Shown: piece after piece, positions 41,674-55,240 of the stretch
Layout: every line of letters starts with the position of its first letter
How positions within the stretch are numbered: the first letter of the stretch is position 1
Origin: the human T2T-CHM13v2.0 reference genome, Homo sapiens
DNA length: 64,000 nucleotides
Reading direction: 5' to 3' (one strand)
Assembly: GCF_009914755.1 (NCBI RefSeq)
Contig: NC_060930.1
Position numbers and translations under genes: made by a program
Notes under the pieces: model-generated
What the model was told of the DNA's origin: nothing
Seen by the model: the letters and a program-made list of their open reading frames with translations, nothing else
The model's database searches: none

Positions 41674-41775
41674 CATGTAATGCATGACAGCCTGTTGCTG
41701 CATGCGCTCCCGTTGCTCCTCCTGCTGCGCCTGCTCCCGCATGAGCTGCATGCGCAACCCTATGCGTGACGCCAT
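41563..41775 (-). CDS. TFEB: TFEB first coding exon (start codon; exon begins at 41797)
   Basis: ccacag|ggagccagcgccggcaGCCACCATGG (optimal Kozak); MASRIGLRMQLMREQAQQEEQRERMQQQAVMHYM(Q)10LGG...GEVLK|gtaggg. The eight exons total 1431 nt = 476 aa plus stop. Confidence 0.98.
41644..41673 (-). repeat. Coding (CAG)6-CAA-(CAG)3 polyglutamine repeat
   Basis: Plus strand ctgctgctgttgctgctgctgctgctgctg encodes Q10. Confidence 0.95.
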
Positions 41776-42269
41776 GGTGGCTGCCGGCGCTGGCTCCCTG
41801 TGGATGAGAAGGGGCAGCAGGTATATGAGGCACGTGTCCTCCTCAAAGCACAGGGGCTGGCAGGGGGAGGCCAGAATGACTGGGACCGCATCCATTTTAG
41901 AGGAGAAGACACCGAGCCCTGAGAGGGGAAGAGATTTGCCCAAGGTCACTGAGCAAGCGGGTGACAGCTGAGACATGAATCCAAGTTTCCTGGTTCCTGG
42001 ACCAAAACTGAAGGTTCTGTCTTCTTCACTCATTGCAGTTGGTAAATCCCAAACTCTAAGAGTCAACTTCCACTCCTCTCTGTGTCACGCCCACATCCTG
42101 ATCCTGTTAGATCCGACCTCATATCCATCCTCCTTTGCTGCCACAAGGTGGGCCCAGCCTATCCTGGGTCTTACCTGGAATCCCGCAGGAGTAGCCCAGT
42201 GTTCAGACTGCCTCCTCTGGCTTGCCCTAGGACGTTCTACTGGCAACTCAGTAGAGCAACTCATTTAAC

Positions 42270-42880
42270 TCCTGTTAAATCCTAAGTCAGATCCTGTCTT
42301 CCCCTCTGCTCACAACTCCCCATGGTTCCCACCTTCCTCAGGGGAAAAGCTAAAGTCCTTACCATGACTGGAAAGGCCCCCTAGGATCTGGCCCACCTCG
42401 TGTTCCCCTTTGACCCCATCCGCCAGCTCTCCCTCTTGTTTTATCTGCTCCGGCTACATCCTCCAGGCACTTTGAAATCCCCGAAACATCCCAGGCATGC
42501 CCCCACCTCAGGACCTTTGCACTTGCTGTTCCCTCTGCCTGGAATGCTCTCCCCCCAGATGACATCATGGCTCACTCCTTCACCTCCTCCAAGGCTCAAA
42601 TGTTACCTTACAGAGACCTTCTAGGACCACCCTATTAAAATTACAAAGCCCTCCACCACCACTTCCTATGCCCCTTCCCTTTTGTTTTTATTTTCCTCCA
42701 TATCACTTATCACCATCTTAAATACAATGCATTTTTGCCTAGCTATTTCATTCATTGTCTGTCTCTTTCTTACTGGGAATGCAAACTTCCCTGAGGGCAG
42801 GCATTTTCTGTCTTTTTCACTGCTATACCATGGGACTCTGGCTCAGGACCTGGGACATGGCATATGCTGAATGCATGTGT
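42270..42880 (+). mobile_element. L2 LINE 3' remnant
   Basis: ttgctgttccctctgcctggaatgctctcccc, aggctcaaatgttacc, ctgagggcagg...tgctgaatg. Confidence 0.7.
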
Positions 42881-45800
42881 GAAGAAATGTATCTTATTTG
42901 TGAGCCAGGCAATGGGGATACAACTGCAGTTCCTGAGCTCATGGAGCCTACAGTGTAATAAAGAGAAGGGCAAGTCCACAGGCTTAGGAGGGCCTGTATG
43001 GGGAGGGCCACTTCCAGGCACCTGGCACTGCCAGAGCCCAGAGAGGACTTCCCACCAGCACATCAGCCCTAATCTCCTACAGGTCTCAGTGGGACAGGTG
43101 TGACTTAAGCCCCCCAGCCCAGTCTGGAAGGAAAGACAGGGAAGAATGAGTCCTACAGCTTGGCCCACTCTGTCCCTAGCTCATTGACTGACCCTAGGTA
43201 AGTGACCCTGGGTAAGTCCCCTCCCCCTCTGAGCCTCCATCTCTCCATGCACAAAATGAAAGGGTTGGACCCAGTAATTTCTAAGGTCCTCCCCAGCTGA
43301 GACAGGCTGAGACTCTGAGAGGTGCAGGGCTCCTGAGTGTGTCCAGACCCCATGAAGGTCCTGGTAGGGGCTGGAGGGTCCCATCTTGGGGATATTGCAA
43401 GAGGCAGTATGACTTTGTGGTTGAGCAAGGACTTTTGAACTGAGAAAATATGGGCTTGAATCCTAGTTCTGCCACTTCTTTGCTGTGTGACCTTGGGCAA
43501 GTCACTTAACCTCTCTGAGAGTCAATTTCTCATTAGTAAACGGTCTCTGCTTCAGAAGATTGGAGCACTATATGAAATTAATAGGTCTTGCACAGTATGT
43601 AGCACCTGGGAGGCTGAGTGCATGAGACATGGATGGGCACATGACTGGCAGGCGAACTGATCAGTGTGGACCAGAAGCCAGAGCTGTGTCTCAAGCTCCT
43701 AACAATGAGGCCCAGACCTCAGGGGATAGCAAAGGGAAGCAGCAAAGGCTGACATGTTCTGGCTAATACCAGACACTGGACTTAGTCAGCATTAGCAAAA
43801 AGAACTGGCAAATATTCAGTGAAAATCACCAGATAATAGAAATAATAATAACTTGAATTTATTTGAGCATTTACTGTATGTCAGGCAATGTTCCAGACTC
43901 CTTCACCTGGAAGAGCCCTATGAAGTAGTTCTGCATATTACTCTCCTTTTATAGATAAGGAGAAACAGAAGCACAGGAGATTAAGTGTCTTTCAGCAGTG
44001 AAAGGGACAGAGCTGGAACCCAGCCCCAGGCAGCATGGCCTCTGAGCCCATGCTGGGGAGGAGAGGGTCTCCACACAGAGCAGGGAGGAAGCTTATTGCA
44101 GGCTGCCTGGCTGCCAGGCCCAGGAATGGAGCCCATGCCACCTGACTGCCAGCCAGGGCTCCTCCCACCACCACTGTGCCTTCCCGACAAGGTAGGAAGG
44201 CAGGCAGTGGCCCTCACCCCACCCTCCTTCCTTCTCTGCCCCTCTACACCATGAATCAGTAAAGGGGCTGTCTCAGCTCCTTGGGTCTCTCCACCCAGCT
44301 ACCAACGGGGCAGTCCCCAGAAAGAAAGGAGCAGATGCCCACCACTCCCTTCCCATCCTGCAGCAGGAACACAGCTGCAGCCTCCACCCATGCCTTTGCC
44401 CACCCCCTTCCTATGCTGCTACAGAGGGTTATCCCTGTCTTTGTACCCCCACTGCCCACCACACGCACACTAGCCCTACAGACCTCATAGGCTCTGACCC
44501 CAGCCCAACCCACCCCCTCGCAGCTGTACCCTCTACACACCCACCCACACGGCACTGGCTCACCCCCCCACCCTTGGGGACAATCTGACTTCAGTTGGCC
44601 CTGGTGGGGGTGTGGGCACCGGGCCTGGCAGTGCCAGCCGGCACAGGGAGGGCTAGGGGAGAATGATCCCCTTGTTTCTCTGACAAAGAGCTGAGCGTCT
44701 GGCCTGGCCTCGCGTGGACTGGAGCTGGCTTTGCTATGAGGAGAGCCTGGGCTGGACCCTGCCTCTCACTGGCTGGGCCAGCCTCAGTTCTCTCATCTGC
44801 ACAATGGACTTGGGAATCCCTGCCCCACCGCCCCCTGCCAGAATCTGGGTGAGCCTCCTGGGAGAGGACGTTGGAGAAGTGGACACAGTGAGGTGTCTGT
44901 GCATCAGTGGGTGTCAGTAGCCTCAGCTACTGTCCCCTGACAGAGGCTGGCAGGGTAGTGAGGCTCCCCAACCCCACCGCTGGAGCTGTCACACCCACAA
45001 AGCTTGTCCTCCAGTGAAGCTCCAGCCCTCTCCCCTGGCCCTGGTCGCCAGCCTGGGTTGCTGAGTGTGGTGTAGGTGGGATGGGTATGGGGTAAGGGAG
45101 GGACCTGAGGGGATCAGAGAGCAATGGGGGTGGTCCAGGACATGCTAATCCCCCCATCCTTAGCCTCCAAGCATGCCTACTCACTCTAAAATCCTGAGGG
45201 TCCACTCTCAGCCTCCCCTGACACCCAGTCTAGCCAGGAAGAACTAAGAGGATGGACATGGGAGAACCAAAATGTCCCTGGCCCCTCCCACCATCTGGCC
45301 CTTCAGACCCACCATGCCTGGAAAGGGTCCACTGTGTACAGGTTCAGTAACACTGGGGGCCTGGAGTGCCTACTGCATGTAGACACCAGGGATGGGGCAT
45401 TTCCCTGGAGAGCCTTCTCCCCTGCCCCTCCCAGGTAACACCCTCCTCCTGAGAGGAAGGGTTTGATGCCCCCAGAGAATCCCTGCCTCTCCCCAATCAC
45501 ATGGCTGCCCCCATCAACACCCCCAGGACCCTCCAGCTGCCTCCTGCTGCTGTCCACCCACAGCCTCTCAGCTGACTCTGCCTCAAAGCCCAGACTGGGT
45601 TCCAGCTTAGTCATGTCCAAAATGAGTTCTGTAATCCCACAGGCTCACTGCCCCTACTGGCTAGGCCACTTCAGAAAGCTACTTCACCTCTCTGTGCTAG
45701 GCTGTCTTCCTCTGTAAAACGCAGCACCTGCTAATCACAGCACCTGCCTTTTGGGGCCATTGGGGGGATTCAAGGTAAGTGTGTGGCAGTCGCTTCATAA

Positions 45801-46972
45801 CCAGGGATCCCGGTCTCCTCTGGTCAGGCCAGAGCTGGTTTCATCCAGTCTGTGTGTGGGCCTTGCCTGTCAGTCATTTACACCTTAGTATGAACCAGCC
45901 CATGAATCATGAAATGGTATATGTGTAGACAACAGGAAGATCAGAGTACCAACCGCTAAATGCTTCGTGAATGATTGCCATGGGTCAGGGCTGGTCAATG
46001 TGCTTTTCCTAATGTTAATTCTGTTTTTTCTTCCCAACAACCCAATGAGCTGAGTACTAGTATTATCCCCATTTTTCCTGGAGGAAACAGAGGCACAGAG
46101 AGGTGAAGGAACTCACTCAAGGTTACACAGCTGATTAAGTAGCAGAATGGAGATTTGATCCAGGCAGGCTGGCTCACAGCCCCCACTCTTTAACTACTAT
46201 TCTGGGCTCTCCCAGCACCCCAAACTGTTCAGAGTTGTTACCGCTGGGGAGGGGAGTGGGAAGGGGCAATGGAGGGGGAGGGATAAAGAGGGATTTTTAT
46301 AGTTCTTCGTTCCACTGGAGAAGCACTCAGCTCTTACAGTGGGAATATGTGCGACTTGTGTGATTCTGTTAACAGGAGAAAGGAAGCACAGCAGCTTCTG
46401 GGGGTTTATGGGGGGGCCCAACCTGCTTCCAGGGCTTCCAGTCATGTCCAAAGGTGGGTCGCCAAGGGGAAGGAATCCCCCCAGCTCCACCTGGGCTGGC
46501 CCAAGCCCTGCCCTGCTCGGTGCAGTGGTCATTAGGCCAGCCGCGGTCCCTGGGTGAGGACACCGAGTGGCCAGCAGAGGCACAGAGCCAGGGCCAGCAG
46601 CCACCAAGCATTTGGAGCTGGAGGGCCAGGGCCCCACTCAGTTTCTACCACAGCCCCAGACAAGGGCTTCTGAGGGGAGTACCATCTTCATGCAGTGCCC
46701 TCAAACTATTGTCAGCTGACGCCAGTCCATTCAGTGGCTTGTGAGGCCTGAACTGCCTTGGGGATTTTTCTGCCCTCTAAATGATCCTTTAAAACTTGGA
46801 GCAGGAAGCTGAAAACACACTCCATGACCCATGGACCCCCTCCTATGCATGCCCAACAGAAAAGCATCCACGTGTTCACCAAAGCACATATACTAGAATG
46901 TTTGCGTGTATAGGAACCAAAACTGGAAACCACCCAAATGTCCATTAAAGAAAGATAGATAAAGAAGTGGTG

Positions 46973-47312
<340 letters not shown>

Positions 47313-47656
47313 CTACAAAGCAATTACAGCAAATGCACTGTTGTTACACATGACATAGATGACTCTCGCAGACATAATGTTAACGAAAGAACCAAGGCAC
47401 AAAAGTGTATACAGCATGCTCTGCGTATATGAGTTCAAAAAAACGCAACATTAATCTACTATGTTAGAACTCAGGATCCTAATTACCCTTGGGGGAGTGT
47501 CTGGGAGGGGACACAAGATGGCTTGGTGGGTAAGAGGATTAGGAAAGTTTCGTAATTTGATATGGGTGTTGGTGCCATGAGAGTGTCATATTTACAATAA
47601 TTTGTACAGCTGCTCCCTTACAACTTATAATTTTCTGTATGTGTGTTGTATTCTCA

Positions 47657-48200
<544 letters not shown>

Positions 48201-50739
48201 TCACCAGTCCAAGGAAGTAATCATAGATGCAGAAAAGGATGTTGTGCATAAAGATGCACTTCACATTATATGGAAAAAAGTCAAAACTAACCTCAATGTC
48301 CAGTTATAGGATAGTTAAATAAATTACGGTGTGTCCCTCCTGATGGACTGCTATACTTACAATAAATAACATGAGGATATGTCAGGTGACAAAATGTAGG
48401 ATGTAGGGGGAAATTGTATATAAAATCTGATCATCACAATGTAAAAATATGTATAGAAAAACCTCTTGGGAGGAAATATACAAAATTATTACTGACTTCT
48501 TTGGATGATGTAACCATAAGTATTTTGTGTGGTTTTAAAAGCCTTTTGGAATGTTATTCTTTCTCTAGAATGAAGATGTATATCTTTCTAATTGAAAAAA
48601 AAATATTTTATGCTAACAGCTAATGCTCATAGAATGCTTACTGTGTGCTAGGTACTGTTCAAAGCACCTTATGTAATTATCATAATTATTTCATGATATG
48701 AGTGACGTGGGTACCATTATTGTCCCCATTCAAGGAATGAGGAAACACAGGCCCAGAGAGGTGGTCACTTGCTGAAGGTCACAGAGCTAATGAGTGGCAA
48801 GGCTGGACCCTGGCAGTCTGGCTGCACCGCCCCAACCCTGGGGCTGGGAGTTTGGCCTCAGTCCTGCATTCAGGGTGAGGGCAGCCACGTTTTGTTTTAG
48901 AAATTCTCACTGAAGAAGCCTCCCTGCGATCAAAGAGTTTCAGCGGCTGATCTCGTTCATCCAGCCCAGGAGCCAGAGGGTGTCCGGGATGATGGAACAG
49001 TCTGGAATCCCCAAACACAGGCAGAAAAAAAAATTCTACCCTTCCTCAAAGAGCAGAGATAATTTCCTGTATTCCCAGAAAAACATATGTCTGGCGGCTG
49101 AAACAACAACGTGTGCAAGCCCAGAGGCTGGGAGGCCTGTTTAAGCCATTGATGACGCTCTGCACCTCTGTGGTCGGAAGAAGTTTTCTTCTGATTCAGT
49201 CTGTTACACTCTCAGTCGTGGGGGAGCTGCCCGGTCAGTCCTGGGGAAAGAAACTGACCGCTAAACAAAAGCTTCCTGAACAGGTTCGAGATTCCTGGAG
49301 GCAAAGGAAGGGCTTTGTGGCCTCCTAGGAACCTTTCAGCCTAGGGAAGGGAAGAGAGAAAAAAATACCAAACTTGGGATTTTTCTCAGCCCCCTCTGGC
49401 AGAGGAGGCAGCAGAGGAAGTCCTGATGAACTAGGAAACAGAACAAGGACATCACATAATCCTCATGGACAAAGCCATTCCACATTACGGAGGTGGTCAT
49501 GAGTCACTGTAGGGCCTGGGGAGGGGGCATCAGATGGCCCAGACCCAAACAGAGTGAGGGGTGGAAAGGTATCCTACGACTCCCAGGAGCCAGCAGTCCT
49601 GCCCATATGATGCTGTGGGAAAGGCCAAGTGCTTGGGTTCAAGTCTTAGCCTTGGGCTGGACTCAATTGTCTGGGTATGGCCTCAGTCTCCCCATCAGTC
49701 AAGCAGGGCTTGCCAGCTGGGGCCACGTCTACCTCATAGCAGTTGTGCTCTAAGTGAGGAGGCTGGGTGTGTAAGTTGTCTTGCAGGTGTGAATTTGTGG
49801 GCAGAGGGGAGGTGTCACCATTCTGGTCACTGTTCAGTGTTGCTCCGTCCAGGCCCACTGGGGGCATCCCTGCATAAGTTCCTTTGGGGAAAGTGTCCCA
49901 TCCATTCACCCATTCATTCACACATACACACATACACACCATCTGAAAGCCCAGACTGGGGCAGAGCAGCCTAGTGGTAACCCCAGCTTCAGTCTCTCCT
50001 TACTAGATAGGGGCAGGAAGGCCTCAGGCCAGCTTTTCCTATTACCAGGAGCCCTCTGTTTCCTCTCCAAAAGCCTTGGGTCTTTTAAGATTTTCTTTTC
50101 CAGAGCTTGTATATCATGTCATTCACTGCAGGAGATGAGAGAGGCAGGTGAGCAATAACAATGTCCACTCCTTTGGGTTCTAAGGGATAAGTAGTCGGAG
50201 TGTTTACCACAGTTCCTGGCACACTGGAGATACTTCATAATATAGCCTTTTATTATATTAGCTGGCAACTTCCGATACAGAAACATAGCAAACCCAGGAC
50301 ACCTGGTAAGTGTGCACTGTTTGCTTGAAAGGTCCTTGATATCAGAAGCAGAAATGAGGTCAATGGGACACGCACATGCTTTTAACAGTTTTAATGCCAT
50401 GTTTTGGTCTTTTTCCCTTTTAGTGAAGTGTAACTTATCCTAGCAAAATGCATAGATTTGTAGTGTACAGCTCAATGAATTTTTACAGGTGTGTGGCCTT
50501 GTATAATCACTGTTTAGATCAAGATGGAGAATGTCACCATCACCCTGGCAGGTTCCCTCCGGGACCCTGTCCTGCATCACCATGGCTGAGTGCTATGGTC
50601 TCCAACAGCACACAAAGGCTGTCATGCAGGATGTGGTCTTCAGTATATTTCATGAAATGGAACCGCTCTGCCAAGTGGGGACACTTACTGAGGACTGACC
50701 AACCCCTATTTGTGATGAATAAAGATCAAGAAACAAAAG

Positions 50740-51360
<621 letters not shown>

Positions 51361-52144
51361 TCAGCTCACATCCCACAGGAAAGGGTGGGAACTGGCGCCT
51401 CCTGGCTGGTCAGACTGTTGGCCCGGGACAACAGGGGGAGCAGCTTCAAAGGCCATTGCAGACCAGGGAGTCGCCCTGTCCTGTCCCACTGGGACCAGCT
51501 GGGCCCTGGCAAAGACGACTGCCACTGGGCATGGCAGGACAGGGACGAGGGACATGTAGCTAATAGGAACATGAAAGGAGAAACTAGAAAAGGATTCCAC
51601 CCCTGTGATATGCACGGACCGGCCCAGCCACCCATGTGGACGCTCTGTCTCTCCGTGTCTGCTTCTCTTTCTCTCTTCTCTCTCACACACATGCACGCAC
51701 ACATGCACACATGTCCATGTGCACACACGTGTAGCCGCATCCCTCAGCTGCCGCTTGCAGTCTAAGGATCCCCTTAGCAGGCAGCCACCTTTCTCCTGGG
51801 TTGGGGAGTGGTGGGACTGAACCCCCACCCCTTGTGCCCCTGCACCCGCCTCCTGGGCACTCCATCTACTCCAGCCTCCTGCCTGTGTCTGCCATGCTTT
51901 GTTCTCTAGTTGTTTCCTTGCCACCTACCAGTCTCCTCAGCTACAAGGAAGTTTCAGAGAAATCACTTTTCTTCTTCAGAACCTCCACACCATCCCACCC
52001 ATCAGACTTTCCAGAAAGAGATGCACGGCCCTCAAGGGCTGCTGGTCCAGTGACCCCCACACACTCAGTTATCACCCACTTGGCAAACGCTCCGAGTCCC
52101 TCCCACATTGCACTGCGCAAGGGGCCTCTGTTCAATCACATTCA

Positions 52145-52543
<399 letters not shown>

Positions 52544-55139
52544 TCACACTGCAAGAGCACAGTGAAGTGGGGGTTCAAGCCCAGGTCTCTCAGGTATGTG
52601 ACCACCAGCAGCTCCAGCCCAGGAGAGGTAACCTGGGGCCCATAGGAAAGGTCTCCCCATGTAGATGGCTTGTTGTCCCCTGCACTCCCAGTCCTGCGCC
52701 CCCCTCATCCCATGTCACCCTCAGCGAATCCTACAGAGGTTCCCCAGAGAGGCCTGCATGCTCCTCAGCCCTCCCAGACCCCACCCACAGATGCTTTTTG
52801 CTAAATAGCCAAGACATCCATGCCCAGGAGGCTCAGAGGGTGACAAATCTGAATCTCGCTGAGACGGTTAGCCCGCCCGAGAGCCTGGGTCGGAGGGGGC
52901 GGAAGGGGAGGCTATATGAGTTGGTCAGACAGAAATGTGATTCCAGGGATCAGAGATCTGGCACCAGACCATAGTGAGGTGAGGGTGGTAAGGGTTGGGG
53001 GAGGAGTGGGACTCAGCCATAGATGGCTCCTAGGACAGGAAAGGGGCCTGAGGGCGATAGAGGGGTTTAGAGACTGAAACTCCACTTGCCCCAAGTACCC
53101 TCTGGCCCACCCCAGCGAACCTGCTCATGTCCCCTGCAGGAAAGATCAGCTAAAGTTTTCATGGATGCTACGTCAGCCTATGTGGTCAATGAGGTCCCTC
53201 CCCAGGGAAGGTGAGGCCTAAGACTCTATCTGATTGGTCAGTTCATGCCATTGTGGACTTGGGGCCCACAAGCTCTGACTCTCTGAGATGAGTCTGTTTT
53301 GCAAGGACTCTCTCAGCCTCCACAGGCCCAGCACAAAAGCCTACCTAAGGCCAGAGTGGGACTGGAAGACCTGCATCGGTATGCACCACCCAGCTGCGTG
53401 ACCTTGGGCAAGTCCTGTCCCCCTCTCCGGGACTCAAGACCCTCACAAATAACATGCAGAGGCTGTGTGGGACCTCTCATAGGCTCCCTGCCGCCTGCCT
53501 GGTGTGCTGATGGTTCTGGCAGCATGGATGTGTGGAGGGCTGGTCTGGTGGAATCGGCCTGCAGGCTGGGAGGGGAAGGGCCAGGCACTGGTTTCACTGT
53601 CCCATGTGCTGGCTGCCCCAGCATTGGGGAGCTCCCTCTCCAGAGCCATGGCAGCCTTAGGATCCAGCCTTTGCTTTTCCATCTCCTCAGGAGAAAAGAA
53701 TCCACACTCCAGCATCTTCTGCTAGCTGCCAGCTGCTTAGGGCAGGGAAGGCTCGTTGACTCCAAGTGTGAGAAGAGGCAGGCACAACGACCACAGCTGG
53801 GCACACAGCGGGCATGCAGAGCAGCTTCTGGCTCCTGGTCCCAAACCCAGCCGCAGGCCCAGGACCCCCTGCATCTGTCCTGAGTTCTAATAATGGCTCT
53901 CAGGGTCCCAGTGCCTAAGCCACCCCCGCCTCAGCCCTCCCTGCCCCAGGCCCAAAGTCCTCAGAGCACTCCAACCCCGCCAGTGCCTGGCTCCTGCCCC
54001 TGCTCCTGGGGCTGCTCCTCCTCCGTCATCTGCTGCCTCAGCCTCCCCAGCCTCCCCAGCCTCCCTGTGGCTGGTCTGCTGTAAAGAACGATTCCCTGGC
54101 TTTGTTTTTAAGAGTCAAACCTGCTTCTGAGTACTTTGGAAACAACCACTGTACAACTGAAGTAGCCAGGTCTTCCTAAACAAAAGAAGACAGTGGAGAG
54201 GGGAATGGAGGAAGAAAGGACAAAAACATCTATGAGCATGGACGATTGCATTGAATTCACAGAAGGTGGCCTGTTTTCTCTCAGGTGCAAACCAAGAGGC
54301 ATTAGTACTATGCACACTGAGTGCGTACTCTGCACCAGGCACTGTTCTGCATTGATATGTGTTACTGATTTAATCCTCACCACAGCTCCATCCACCATGA
54401 TGGAGGAGTTCACATATCCCCTGTTTTACAGAGGGGGCAACTGAGTCACAGAGAGGCTGAAAACTTGCCCGAGGTCACACAGTTGGTAGGTAGCAGAACT
54501 GGGGCGCCTGGTCTCCCCACAGTGTGCTGGGTGCCCCTGTGGAGAGTCTGTCTGGAAAGTGCCAGAGGAGGCAGGTAGGGGGTCTTGAGCCCATCAGTGA
54601 AGGGGCTCTTGGCTAAGCAGGTGGGTGCAGGACACCAGCCTCCCCTCAGCTCTTGTTTCCTCTAGAACTACTCCCATTCAACCCTCCTTCCCCTCAAGAT
54701 ATCCTTTCCATCCAAAACCACCCAGGACTACCCTTGCAGTTCCCCAACAGAGCCTCTGACCCCGCCTCCACCTCCACCACGTCATCTGTCCTGAGTCCGC
54801 CCTCTGGAAGACAGCCGGGCTTAGTGGATCACGAATATGCTCTGGACCCTGACAGACCAGAATTCAAATGTGGCTTTGCCATTTGTCAGCTTTGTGACTG
54901 GGGGCAGGTGCTTAACCGCTCAGAGCCTCAGTTTCCCCATCTGTACAAAAGGATGGCGGTAATGCCACCTTCCTCAGAGTCAGTGAGGGGGTAAATGGAA
55001 CTGAAATATGTGATGTGCCTAGCACCTTGGAGGTGGTCTGTGAGTACTAGCTCCCTGCCTGGGTGACCACCAGCCATCTGGCTGGACAGTGAGGGCCTTA
55101 GATGGGAGAGGGCCTCTTAAGGCATTGCACGCCCTGTTT

Positions 55140-55240
55140 GCTGGTTAGAAACAGGCTCTCAGGCCCTGCCCAGACCCACTGAGTCAGAATCTGCATTTTA
55201 ACAAACTGCCCTGGGAGATGTGTGGGCACATTAAAGACAC
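55140..55240. mobile_element. MER5A-like DNA transposon fragment
   Basis: ccagacccactgagtcagaatctgcattttaacaa. Confidence 0.55.

Noticed and set aside
40994-41833. 279-aa minus-strand ORF
   Set aside because: A chimera of an off-frame reading of the first TFEB coding exon, the 83-nt intron, the real 255-nt exon and the following intron.
46566-46586. CTCF-like GGCCAGCAGAGGCAC
   Set aside because: One base short in the core compared with the consensus; too weak to call.
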